Source: Vulcanimicrobiota bacterium (lineage in GTDB: Bacteria > Vulcanimicrobiota > Xenobia > Xenobiales > JADMJV01). Taken from it: a stretch of 64,000 nucleotides of DNA. A program made the translations under genes and the position numbers. Positions 17,607-26,672 of this stretch are shown one piece after another. The stretch covers positions 87,513 to 151,512 of the forward strand of contig JBFWNU010000006.1 in assembly GCA_050250895.1 (NCBI GenBank). Direction: 5' to 3'. A model generated the notes under the pieces. That model worked only from the letters and a program-made list of their open reading frames with translations. It was not told the DNA's origin and did not search any database. How positions within the stretch are numbered: position 1 is the first letter of the stretch; each line of letters opens with the position of its first letter.

Positions 17607-19106
17607 ATGGCAAGAATCAGTCTATCTCCCGTTCGTGAAGCAATCGAGTTCAACAGCCGGTCGGACCTGTTCGACGCGTTCTTGCAGCCAGCCCACGGCA
17701 GCTATGAGGCGCTGGCCCCGTTGCATCTGCAAGCGCGCGACTATGATCCCATCTTCTATGCTCACTTGTCTTCGTGGTATCTCGAAAACGGTTCGGTGCG
17801 AGACCACCACGAACTGTTCGCAGCCTGTCTGCTGCTCAGCAAGTGGAACGGCCACCGCGATCAGGGCCGCTATCTCTTGCAGTTTCTGCGTCCCTATCAG
17901 CTGGCCCGGATGGTTCGCTGGGTCAAGCAGCACCACTTCGTGCCCCGGGCCATGCGCACGGCCATCAAGTTCTACCTGCGCCGCCGGGAAAAGCAGCCCG
18001 ATTGGTTCGATGAATGCGTGATTCGCGACCGTCAATCCATGAAGTACCTGTACGCTATCTTGCGTCTGGCACCCGGTCGGCGGGCTGAAGCCATCCTCTT
18101 TGGGGATGCCGTTCCGTCCGATAGCCGGGTGGCAGTAGTCCGACAACTGGCCGGCTTGCGGTCGCGCCCCGACCTGCAGGCCGAGTTGATCCGTCGCAAC
18201 CACATCCACTACACCACGGCGGTCGGTCTGATCGGTCAACGAACCCCACAACTGGTCGAGGCTCTGGTCGAGGTCATGACCCCGCAGCAACTGATCAACA
18301 ATCTGCGTTCGCTGAAAAACACCGGCGCTCTTGGACGGGACTCGACCCGGGAACTCATCGCCACCAAGTTGCATCGAGGAGTGACCGAATCGCGGGTCAA
18401 CGACCTCAAGGCCGTCATCGCCATGATGCAGGTCGAGCTGGATCCCGACCTGACCCTGCGCCTGTTTCGCATGACCGAGAACCGGCTGCGTCAGCGCGGT
18501 CGCCTGACCCGGCCCACCGCTCTGCTGGTGGATAAGTCCGGCTCGATGGAGGCGGCCATCGAAGTGGGCAAGCTGATGGCCGCCATGCTCAGCTGCGTGG
18601 CCGAAGCTCCTCTTTACGTCGAGGCCTTCGACGGGCTCTCGTTCACGGTCTCGAGCCGAAGTGCAGGTCTGGGGGCCTGGACCGAGGCCTTTCGACCCAT
18701 CCGGGCTTCTGGCTGCACCAGTATTGGAGCGCCACTTCACAAGCTGCGTGAAAAGTCACTCGAGCAAGTGGTGGTCATCACCGACGGCGAAGAGAACACA
18801 GCGCCCTATTTCGCCGACACCCTGAGGGCCTATGAGGCCCGTTGGAACCGCCAGCTGGATGTCTTCGTGGTCAAGATTGGCCGGGGCAATTCCAGCTTCG
18901 AGCTGGACCTTCTGAATATGCGTCGCCGCCCCACCACCTTTCAGTTCAAGGGCGACTATTACAATCTTCCCAACCTGTTGCCGATGTTGTGCGAGGGTCC
19001 CGAGATGGACCTGTTGGGCAAGGTGCTCGAGCAGCCGCTCTTTAGCCGGGCGGACCTGGACCGTCTTCCTCCGGGCTTTGATCCCGATACCTGCGAGGTG
19101 TTGTGA
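17607..19106 (+). CDS. Helical (TROVE-like) domain + vWA domain protein
   Basis: SD AAGGAGG before ATG 17607. MIDAS motif LLVDKSGSM, GCTSIG, VITDGEEN. N-terminal DPIFYAHLSSWY. Confidence 0.8.
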   Translation: MARISLSPVREAIEFNSRSDLFDAFLQPAHGSYEALAPLHLQARDYDPIFYAHLSSWYLENGSVRDHHELFAACLLLSKWNGHRDQGRYLLQFLRPYQLARMVRWVKQHHFVPRAMRTAIKFYLRRREKQPDWFDECVIRDRQSMKYLYAILRLAPGRRAEAILFGDAVPSDSRVAVVRQLAGLRSRPDLQAELIRRNHIHYTTAVGLIGQRTPQLVEALVEVMTPQQLINNLRSLKNTGALGRDSTRELIATKLHRGVTESRVNDLKAVIAMMQVELDPDLTLRLFRMTENRLRQRGRLTRPTALLVDKSGSMEAAIEVGKLMAAMLSCVAEAPLYVEAFDGLSFTVSSRSAGLGAWTEAFRPIRASGCTSIGAPLHKLREKSLEQVVVITDGEENTAPYFADTLRAYEARWNRQLDVFVVKIGRGNSSFELDLLNMRRRPTTFQFKGDYYNLPNLLPMLCEGPEMDLLGKVLEQPLFSRADLDRLPPGFDPDTCEVL

Positions 19107-19663
19107 TGAAACTGCGTGTCTGTGGCGACCATTCGTGTCACGATCCGGCCCAGGCCATGGCCCTCTTTCGCCGGGCCGGCCGCCTGGCTCCCCAGAGTCA
19201 CCTGGTCTGGAAAACCTGGCGGAGCTTTCTAGAACGAGGCTACCTGACCGGCGACGAGGTCGAAAGTCTGGCCTCGATCCGGCGCCTCGAGCCCCTCGAC
19301 TGGGAATGTGTCTGTCCCTATTGTCGCCAGGAGATGACCGACTTTCCCTGGATGGGTAAAGAGCTCGAGCTGGTCCCCTCCGCCGGGCCTGCTCCGGAGT
19401 TGGCGGCCGGAGCGTTGAGCTACGTGCCTCGGCGCCTGATCGGCGTGCTGTTGTTGTTGCCACCCTTGCCGCTGTGGCTGGGTCTCTACTCGTTGGTGAT
19501 CTGCACGCTGTTGGGCCTATGGCCTCGCCGCGTGCTAGCTCGGGGTTGGTCGTTCTGGCGCGGCACCTATGCCTGGCTCTTTCATGACGATTTGGGGGCC
19601 GGCCATTTGCTCTGGGCTCTAGGCTGGATTCCACTCGGGCTCAAGCTCTGGTTGGTGTTCTAG
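19103..19663 (+). CDS. Hypothetical membrane protein with a Cys motif
   Basis: 4-bp overlap with the vWA gene. CVCPYC motif and C-terminal hydrophobic segments. Confidence 0.65.
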   Translation: MMKLRVCGDHSCHDPAQAMALFRRAGRLAPQSHLVWKTWRSFLERGYLTGDEVESLASIRRLEPLDWECVCPYCRQEMTDFPWMGKELELVPSAGPAPELAAGALSYVPRRLIGVLLLLPPLPLWLGLYSLVICTLLGLWPRRVLARGWSFWRGTYAWLFHDDLGAGHLLWALGWIPLGLKLWLVF

Positions 19664-19694
19664 GAATCTCGCCCGGTGAAGCGAACGGCCGTGT

Positions 19695-20387
19695 ATGAGC
19701 CTAGAATATCGCATCGACTATGCCGGCTCGCACCCGATGGTCACGATCCTGCTCGACTCGGAGCAGTCGGTTCGCGTCGAGCCCGGGGCGATGATCGGAA
19801 TGAGTCCCAACATCGAGTTGACTTCAACCCAACCCGGCGGACTGCATGGCTTAATCGTCAAGCGTCCCGACCAGCCCGAGCGCAGGATGCGGTTTCAGAT
19901 GCTCTACACCGCCCGCGGCGGCTCGGGGCAGTTGATGCTGTCTCCTGGCTTTCCGGGCGAGATCTACGCTATGGAACTCAACAACCACAGCCTGCTGGTG
20001 CAATCCTACTGTCTGCTGGCTTGCGACACCAACCTGGAGGTCGACGAAGAGGTGCCCAACGGTGGGCTCTTTTTCTCGCCCGAGGGTCGTCGCGCCGAGC
20101 AGTACCTGGTGCGCGTCCAGGGGACCGGAGTCTTGCTGTTGTCTTCGTTTGGGGCCAGTCACCTGCATAGTTTGGGGGCCGGCGAGCGCTTTCTCATGGA
20201 TACCTCCCATGTGATGGCGTTCGAAAGCCGAATCGGTTACCAGGTGCGCCAGGCTGCCTCTGAGCTCTGGCTGCGGCTGGCCAGTGCCGAGGGGTTGGTG
20301 GCGGAGTTCGAGGGGCCCGGTGAAGTGCTGGTCCAGACTCGCAACCTCTCGGCCCTCTCGGATCGGCTTCGGCCTTTTCAGGCGTAG
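19695..20387 (+). CDS. AIM24 / TIGR00266 family protein
   Basis: VEPGAMIGMS, GTGVLLLSSFGA, MDTSHVMAF, EGLVAEFEGPGEVLVQTRN. Confidence 0.88.
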   Translation: MSLEYRIDYAGSHPMVTILLDSEQSVRVEPGAMIGMSPNIELTSTQPGGLHGLIVKRPDQPERRMRFQMLYTARGGSGQLMLSPGFPGEIYAMELNNHSLLVQSYCLLACDTNLEVDEEVPNGGLFFSPEGRRAEQYLVRVQGTGVLLLSSFGASHLHSLGAGERFLMDTSHVMAFESRIGYQVRQAASELWLRLASAEGLVAEFEGPGEVLVQTRNLSALSDRLRPFQA

Positions 20388-21154
20388 AGGGGGGCCAGGG
20401 CCGCCCAACCGAGCACCTCTTGAAGGAAGTTCGGATTGGCCAGTAAGCGGTGCCGGCTGGGCTGGCGGGTGATCACCGAAAAGCAGTCGATCATGCGGCG
20501 TCCACCCCAATTAAGCGTCTCCTGGGTGGCGCAGTAGAGGTCGGCCTCTTCGGCCAAACGACGAAAGCATTCGGCCGACATGGTCGGGGCTCTCCATTGG
20601 TCCAGGTCAACCAGGCCCACTCGATTCAGGCGACTTCGAAGCCAGTCGGGCAAACGGGCGGTGCGTCGGAAATAGTCTTGCTGGTCGGCCAGGTTGGAAT
20701 GATGCAGAAAGGCTGAGCCGTCAGGTTTGAGCACGCGCCGCAGTTCACCGAGATAGGCCTGCATCACGTCGGCTTCGGCGTGCACGAGCGACTCGAAGCT
20801 AAAGCAAAAGTCGACGGATTCGTCGGCAACCATCGGTAGACTGGCGCCGTCGTTGACGCTGAACTGGGCTTGAGCACGATCGCGAAACCGCTCTTTGAGC
20901 AAGACGACACAGCTGTCGGAAAGCTCGACACCGGTGTAGCTCCGGCAGTGGTCGAGCAGGTAGTGGGTCCAGCGGCCGTAGCCGGGAGCGATCTCGAGCA
21001 GGTGGGCGCAGGGCAAGAAGCGAGAGATTCGAGGCAGAATGGTGGCCGCCCACTGCAGGCTCGAGCCTCCCCACGGCACCGACCACTCTTCGCCGCCTTC
21101 GGACCAGGCGTAGAGGGTGTTCCAGAAATGGAGGTTTTCATCGCGACTGGGCAT
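20378..21154 (-). CDS. Class I SAM-dependent methyltransferase
   Basis: LEIAPGYGRW, VDFCFSFESLVH, RVLKPDG. Confidence 0.88.
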   Translation of the reverse strand: MPSRDENLHFWNTLYAWSEGGEEWSVPWGGSSLQWAATILPRISRFLPCAHLLEIAPGYGRWTHYLLDHCRSYTGVELSDSCVVLLKERFRDRAQAQFSVNDGASLPMVADESVDFCFSFESLVHAEADVMQAYLGELRRVLKPDGSAFLHHSNLADQQDYFRRTARLPDWLRSRLNRVGLVDLDQWRAPTMSAECFRRLAEEADLYCATQETLNWGGRRMIDCFSVITRQPSRHRLLANPNFLQEVLGWAALAPLYA

Positions 21155-21250
21155 CGGGCCATGCTAGCTCGAAAAGCCCCGAGGTGACAAGGGTTAGAGC
21201 CGGTACGAAGTGGGTAAAGCCCAATACAGAAATTTCCAGGAGACCAGATC

Positions 21251-21541
21251 ATGACTTTGACCTTGCCTAACCTCGATGAGCTGCTTAAGACCATCGATAA
21301 AGCCGAGCCTCAGCGCTCTTGGAAAGTGTTGCTCTATAACGACAACCGCAATCGGTTTGATGACGTGGTGCTGTGGATTCAGAAAGCCACCGGTTGCTCT
21401 CACGAGTGCGCCAGCGTGATCACCAAAACCGCCCACGAGAACGGCCGCGCTGTTTGCTTCGAGGGTGAACGCGAAAAGTGCCGCCAGGTAGCCGGTTATC
21501 TACGCAATCGAGGCTTGCAGGTCGAAGTCGACGACTATTGA
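21251..21541 (+). CDS. clpS: ClpS-family Clp protease adaptor
   Basis: WKVLLYNDN..F..V, AHENGRAVCFEG. SD AGGAG upstream. Confidence 0.75.
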   Translation: MTLTLPNLDELLKTIDKAEPQRSWKVLLYNDNRNRFDDVVLWIQKATGCSHECASVITKTAHENGRAVCFEGEREKCRQVAGYLRNRGLQVEVDDY

Positions 21542-22263
21542 GACTGCTCGAGCAGGCGCACTACCTCTTGCCACTCGCCCTGACGGTAGCCTTCGGCGAG
21601 CTGTTTGGCGGTGCGGTTACGCCCGTCTTTGAGGGTGGTGTCGGCCCCGGCCGCCAGCAAAACCTCGATCACTTTGGCCTGGCCAGAGAACGCCGCTTTG
21701 TGAAGCGCGGTCATTCCGTTGGATGCTTTAGCGTTAATCTCGGCCTTGTGCTCGAGCAAGATCTTTACTGACTCGTCATCGCCAGCGGCGGCTGCCAGGA
21801 TTAAGGGAGTTTCGTAAGAGTTGCCCTGGGCGTCGACCAGAGCCCCCTCGTCGACCAGAAATCGGACCACCTCCGCATGGCCTTTATAGGCCGCGTGGTG
21901 AAGGGGTGTGTAGCCGGTTTCGTCGGTGGCGTTAAGGTTCACGCCTTTGGCTAGCTCGAGTCTGAGATTCTCGAGTTGCCCGGCGGCGGCGGCTTTGTGG
22001 ATCATCAGGCTCTGAGAGCCTGAAGGCCTGGCGTCGGTTGGCGTCGGGCGGGGTGGGGGAGCCTGGCGGGGAGGAGGGTGCCCCCCCGGAGGCGGCCCGC
22101 CGGGGGGCGGTTGGCGAAGATCCTGGGCATCCTGCAGCATCGTCTTGGCTCGGGCGTTGACGGGCTGTCCACCCTGGCTGGAAGGGCCGGTAGGGGTTGG
22201 GACTTGGGCCAGCGCCAGGCCAGGCAACATCAGCCCGGTGATGACCACGATCTTGATATTCAT
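21535..22263 (-). CDS. Secreted ankyrin-repeat protein
   Basis: Signal peptide ending ALA-Q, Pro-rich linker, and GYTPLHHAA / ETPLILAA / GMTALHKAA repeats. Confidence 0.88.
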   Translation of the reverse strand: MNIKIVVITGLMLPGLALAQVPTPTGPSSQGGQPVNARAKTMLQDAQDLRQPPPGGPPPGGHPPPRQAPPPRPTPTDARPSGSQSLMIHKAAAAGQLENLRLELAKGVNLNATDETGYTPLHHAAYKGHAEVVRFLVDEGALVDAQGNSYETPLILAAAAGDDESVKILLEHKAEINAKASNGMTALHKAAFSGQAKVIEVLLAAGADTTLKDGRNRTAKQLAEGYRQGEWQEVVRLLEQSQ

Positions 22264-22299
22264 ATTACTCTTTATACCCGTCGCGACGGAAATGTCCCG

Positions 22300-23814
22300 C
22301 TAACGGCTCCGAAGCAGGGCGGGAATGGCTGAGGGGGCCACCGGTGCCGAGAGGTAGTAACCCTGACCCAGCCGACAGCCGTTGTTCCAGAGAAACTGAA
22401 ACTGTTCTTGAGTTTCGATGCCCTCGGCCAGCGACTCCATGTTGAGGCTGGCGGCCAGTTGGATGGCCGCGACGCAGACCGAAAGATCGCGACGGTTGTT
22501 GGGAATACCCGAGACGAAGGTCGAATGCAATTTGAGCACTTTGGTTCGGCCTAGCTTCATGCTGGGCAGGTTCGAGACCCCGGTGCCAAAATCGTCGATG
22601 GCCGTCCGAACTCCCGAGCGACCCAGTTCCTCCAACACCACTCGGATCCGTTCGTCCATCATGAAGGTCTTTTCGCTCACATCCAGCACCAGGTCGCGGC
22701 CTACCAGCATATGGCGCTGGAGGGTGGCCAGGATATCGTTGCTGATATCCGCGGTGAGCAGCTGGCGGGGGCTCAGGTTGATATCGAGATACAGATCGAA
22801 CCCCATGCTGCGCCAGGTAGCCAGCTGACGGCATGCCTCCTGCAAGATCCAGCGACCCAGTGGAATGATCAGCCCTGTTTCTTCCGAGACCTGCAGAAAT
22901 TCGGCCGGGCCCAGGGTGCCCCGCAAGGGATGCTCCCACCGGATCAAAGCCTCGACGCCCACCACTTCGCGGCTGTCGAGCAGATAGATCGGCTGGTAGT
23001 GGAGGAAGAACTCGCCTGCCCGCAGAGCCGAAGCCAGCTGGTTTTCGAGGGTCAGCCGGCGGGTGAGGCGCTCTTGCAGCTCGCGACTGTAGATCTCGAT
23101 TCGGCCGCCGCCTAGCTCTTTGGCGCTATACAGGGCGGCGTCGGCGTGTTCGAGCAGTTCGTCGGCGCTGGAAGCGTCGCCCGGGGCCAGGCTGATGCCG
23201 ATGCTCACCGAGACATGCAGGGGCTGTCCTTTAATGCTGAAGGGCTCGCGCAGCTTTTCCATCAGGCGGGTAGCTACGTGCTCGGCTCGCGAGCTGACCT
23301 GGTCGAGTTCGGGCTTGGTGATCTCTTCGTCGGTGTCGCCTAGATGGCTCAACAGCAACAAGAACTCATCTTCGCCCCGCCGGGCCAGCACATCCGACAC
23401 CCGCATCTGAGCCCGCAGGCGTTCGGCCACCTGGATCAGTAAGCCATCACCGGCCGAGAATCCGAGGGTTTCGTTGAGCAGACGAAATCGATCGAGATCG
23501 ATGGCCAGCAGGGCAGTGGAACGGCCGTAGCGGACCACCTGCTTGATGTTGAAGTCGATCTGGCGCACCATCGTGTTGTGATTGGGGAGGCCGGTCAACT
23601 CGTCTTCGAAGGCCAGCCGGGCCAACTCTTCCTGGCGTTCGGGAGACGGCAGCAGGGCCAGTTTCTCGTCGGCCTGGCGCAGCTTTTCTTCGGCTTCGAG
23701 GAGAGTCATCCTGGCGGCACTCTCCTTGGCTTCGGCCGCCATCAGCTTCTCCTGGGCGCGTTGTTCGAGTTCGATGGCCTGGGCCAGCCGGGCCTCGATC
23801 GATTGTTCGCTCAT
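22300..23814 (-). CDS. GGDEF-EAL protein with N-terminal coiled coil (motifs partly degenerate)
   Basis: DELTGLPN, IDLDRF, RGEDEF; YQPI, VEALIRW, IDDFGTG, AEGIET, QGY. Confidence 0.9.
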   Translation of the reverse strand: MSEQSIEARLAQAIELEQRAQEKLMAAEAKESAARMTLLEAEEKLRQADEKLALLPSPERQEELARLAFEDELTGLPNHNTMVRQIDFNIKQVVRYGRSTALLAIDLDRFRLLNETLGFSAGDGLLIQVAERLRAQMRVSDVLARRGEDEFLLLLSHLGDTDEEITKPELDQVSSRAEHVATRLMEKLREPFSIKGQPLHVSVSIGISLAPGDASSADELLEHADAALYSAKELGGGRIEIYSRELQERLTRRLTLENQLASALRAGEFFLHYQPIYLLDSREVVGVEALIRWEHPLRGTLGPAEFLQVSEETGLIIPLGRWILQEACRQLATWRSMGFDLYLDINLSPRQLLTADISNDILATLQRHMLVGRDLVLDVSEKTFMMDERIRVVLEELGRSGVRTAIDDFGTGVSNLPSMKLGRTKVLKLHSTFVSGIPNNRRDLSVCVAAIQLAASLNMESLAEGIETQEQFQFLWNNGCRLGQGYYLSAPVAPSAIPALLRSR

Positions 23815-23840
23815 CGCGGCGGAGTTCTGCCCTACAGGAT

Positions 23841-24449
23841 TCAGTCCCTCTGTCGGAAGACAGAGGGAGGGGCCACCGGGGAGAGTTCAGGGTAAAGCTC
23901 CACCAGTTTTTCTTCGAAGCCCTTGAGTAGCTCACGGTCTTGCTGCTGCTGGGAGAGCGTAAGCGATTCGAGTTGGCCGCCTTCGAGCCGGGTCTCGAGC
24001 TTCTGGGCCATCTCGGTGTAGTGAGAAGATTCTTGCTTGTGCCCCGATTCGCGGGCTCGGGAAGCGAGTTCTCGCAAGACCATGACCAGATCCTCATAAA
24101 CCTCCCTTTCCCGCTGGGCGGTCAGCAATTCGGCCAGGCGCACGGCCTGCTCGTGAATTGCCTTAGGGGCTCGCCGCCCGGCCAGGTCAGAGAGGCTGCG
24201 CTCGAAGCGCAACAGCAGGAGGCGGGTGCGATTGATGGTGATCTTAGCGGCCGACCCGGCCGGCCACAGGCTCAGCCGATTGGCGCGGGTGCGCAGCCAG
24301 CCGGCCCAGTCGAGCAAGAGCAGGCGCAGCTGAGGGTCGTCTTCGAGGTCGGCCTGGTCAAGCGCCTGGACGGCCAGATCCTGGAACTCTTCGAGTTGGC
24401 GTCGAGCCAGTTGCTGGTTGTGGGGATTGGCCTCATAGGCCCACGACAC
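23841..24449 (-). CDS. Hypothetical helical protein
   Basis: 202-aa ORF co-directional with its neighbours, typical codon usage. Confidence 0.6.
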   Translation of the reverse strand: MSWAYEANPHNQQLARRQLEEFQDLAVQALDQADLEDDPQLRLLLLDWAGWLRTRANRLSLWPAGSAAKITINRTRLLLLRFERSLSDLAGRRAPKAIHEQAVRLAELLTAQREREVYEDLVMVLRELASRARESGHKQESSHYTEMAQKLETRLEGGQLESLTLSQQQQDRELLKGFEEKLVELYPELSPVAPPSVFRQRD

Positions 24450-24993
24450 GACGCTTGGCCTTCCAGGTAGGCTGGCTGTCGTAGTCGATGTAGCGGGTAG
24501 CCTCGATCACGATCCGGCCTTGTTCTAGTCGGCCGAGGTGCAAACGGATATGGTGGTAGCAGCGCGGAGCCAGGTCGACGGCCAGGTTGTGGTTGGGGAC
24601 CTCGGGCCAGGCGGACCGATCGTCAGAGGTGTCGAAGACGGCCAGGTTGCCCCACTGGCCCGGCCCGCGTTCGAGGCTGCAATAGGCGGCCAGACCCCGG
24701 GCCTGGGGAAACTGGGCCACCAGCGCGTCGTCGACCTGCATCAGGTGCTGCATCGGGTAGTCGTCGCGAATCTTGCCGAAGAAGCCCACGATGGCCCCTT
24801 CGGCGGGCAGGTCGGCCCGCAGGCGAAAGAGACGGTAGGCGCGGCCCCGCCTTTCTCCTTCCAGGCGAGGCAAGACCTGAGGGAACTCTCTGACCAGCTC
24901 TAACATGCGCTCGAGATGTTCAAGGTCAGGCAGACTTTCGTCTGGATGGGTGAAAGGTCGGTCGGGGCAGGCCTCGGTGAGAGAGAACTCCAT
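24433..24993 (-). CDS. Hypothetical protein
   Basis: ATG at 24993 (MEFSLTEA...). Globular-looking sequence; overlaps the start of the next gene. Confidence 0.6.
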   Translation of the reverse strand: MEFSLTEACPDRPFTHPDESLPDLEHLERMLELVREFPQVLPRLEGERRGRAYRLFRLRADLPAEGAIVGFFGKIRDDYPMQHLMQVDDALVAQFPQARGLAAYCSLERGPGQWGNLAVFDTSDDRSAWPEVPNHNLAVDLAPRCYHHIRLHLGRLEQGRIVIEATRYIDYDSQPTWKAKRRVVGL

Positions 24994-25067
24994 ACCCCAT
25001 GATTCGGGATGTTGCCTTGATTCCCTCGACGAAGGGGACCTACCAGCGAGCGAGAATGGTCGCCTCG

Positions 25068-25919
25068 ATGGCCGAGAATCTAGCGGAGATAGGGCCGCCG
25101 ACCGGCGAGGATCAGCAGCGCCTGGGTCAACTCGACCAGCTGCTGCTTGACTGCCGATCCATGCTGGTAGCCTATTCTGGGGGGGTCGATTCGACCTTTC
25201 TCGCATGGCGAGCGGCGCGGGTGCTGGGGCGGCGCAGTCTGGCCGTCACGGCGGTCTCGGATTCGCTGGCCTCGGCCGATCGCGAGCGGGCCCGCCGGCT
25301 GGCTCTCGAGTTCGAGATTTCTCACCTCGAGCTCCCGACCCACGAACTTGAGCGTCCTGACTATCGCAAGAATGACGCCGACCGGTGTTTTCATTGTAAG
25401 ACCGAGTTGTTCGAGGCTCTGGCCCGGGTGGCGCGCCAGCGAGATTATGCCGTGCTGGCCTACGGCGCCATCCCCGAAGATCAGCAAGACCATCGACCCG
25501 GTGCTCGGGCCGCGGCCGAAGCCGGTGCCCGCGCGCCCCTGGCCGAGGCGGGGCTGACCAAGCCGGCCATCCGCCGTCTGTCCCGGGAGGCGGGGTTGCC
25601 GACTTACGATTTGCCGGCGGGGGCCTGTCTGGCCTCGCGCATCGCTTATCACACCGAGGTCACCAGCCAGAAGCTAGCCATGGTGGCCGCAGCCGAAGCT
25701 TATCTGCGGGAATTGGGCTTCGAGCAGTGCCGGGTGCGTCATCACGAAGGCCTGGCTCGGGTCGAGGTGCCGCGACCTCGGTTGGTGGAACTGCTCGAGC
25801 ACGCCGAACCCATCACCACTCGCCTCCGCCAGCTTGGTTTTGTTTATGTCACTCTCGACCTGATGGGACTGCGCTCGGGTAGCATGAACGAGATTTGGCG
25901 CCTGCCGGTGGTGGGCTAG
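25068..25919 (+). CDS. larE: ATP-dependent sulfur transferase of nickel-pincer cofactor synthesis
   Basis: PP-loop AYSGGVDS, RCFHCK, DHRPG, ACLASR, RVRHH, GLRSGSMN. Start approximate. Confidence 0.92.
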   Translation: MAENLAEIGPPTGEDQQRLGQLDQLLLDCRSMLVAYSGGVDSTFLAWRAARVLGRRSLAVTAVSDSLASADRERARRLALEFEISHLELPTHELERPDYRKNDADRCFHCKTELFEALARVARQRDYAVLAYGAIPEDQQDHRPGARAAAEAGARAPLAEAGLTKPAIRRLSREAGLPTYDLPAGACLASRIAYHTEVTSQKLAMVAAAEAYLRELGFEQCRVRHHEGLARVEVPRPRLVELLEHAEPITTRLRQLGFVYVTLDLMGLRSGSMNEIWRLPVVG

Positions 25920-26672
25920 GTGAGTCCAGAGAAGCTTTTGAGCTTGCTGGCCCGGGTCCGCGACGGCCAGCTTGACCCGGAGCAGGCCTGCCAGCAATTG
26001 GCTCAGCTACCGTTTGAAGATGTCGGGTTCGCTCAACTCGACCGGCACCGCGAGTTGCGCCAGGGCTTTCCCGAGGTGGTGTTCGGCCAGAGCAAGACCC
26101 CCGACCAGTTGCTAGAGTTGCTGCGTCGCCTCGAGCGGGGCCACGGACGGGGCATGGCGACCCGGGTGGCCACGGAGGTCGGGCCGGCTCTGGTAGAACA
26201 GCTGGGGGCTCAGGCCCGATTCTATCCTCGGGCCCGCTTGCTGACGGTGGGCCCGGAGCCGGCGGAGAAGAAGGGCCTGGTGGTGGTGGCCTGCGCCGGT
26301 ACCTCAGACCTGCCCATTGCCGAGGAGGCCTCCTTGACGCTGAGCTTCATGGGTAGTCGCTGCGAGCTGGTGACCGACGTTGGCGTGGCCGGACTGCATC
26401 GCGTCCTCCACCGCCTCGAGGTTCTGCGCCAGGCTCGAGCGGTGGTGGTGGTGGCCGGCATGGATGGGGCTCTGGCTTCCGTCATCGGCGGCCTGGTGGC
26501 CTGTCCGGTGATTGGGGTGCCCACTTCGATCGGCTATGGAGCCAATTTTGCGGGAGTCGCGCCGCTTCTGACCATGCTCAATAGCTGCGCCCCCGGCGTG
26601 ACCGTGGTCAACATCGACAACGGGTTCGGAGGAGCCTACGCGGCTCACCGAATCAATCTGGCTGGCCAATGA
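25920..26672 (+). CDS. larB: NPN cofactor carboxylase/hydrolase
   Basis: GFPEVVFG, AGTSDLP, DVGVAGLHR, VPTSIGYG, VVNIDNGFG. Confidence 0.95.
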   Translation: MSPEKLLSLLARVRDGQLDPEQACQQLAQLPFEDVGFAQLDRHRELRQGFPEVVFGQSKTPDQLLELLRRLERGHGRGMATRVATEVGPALVEQLGAQARFYPRARLLTVGPEPAEKKGLVVVACAGTSDLPIAEEASLTLSFMGSRCELVTDVGVAGLHRVLHRLEVLRQARAVVVVAGMDGALASVIGGLVACPVIGVPTSIGYGANFAGVAPLLTMLNSCAPGVTVVNIDNGFGGAYAAHRINLAGQ

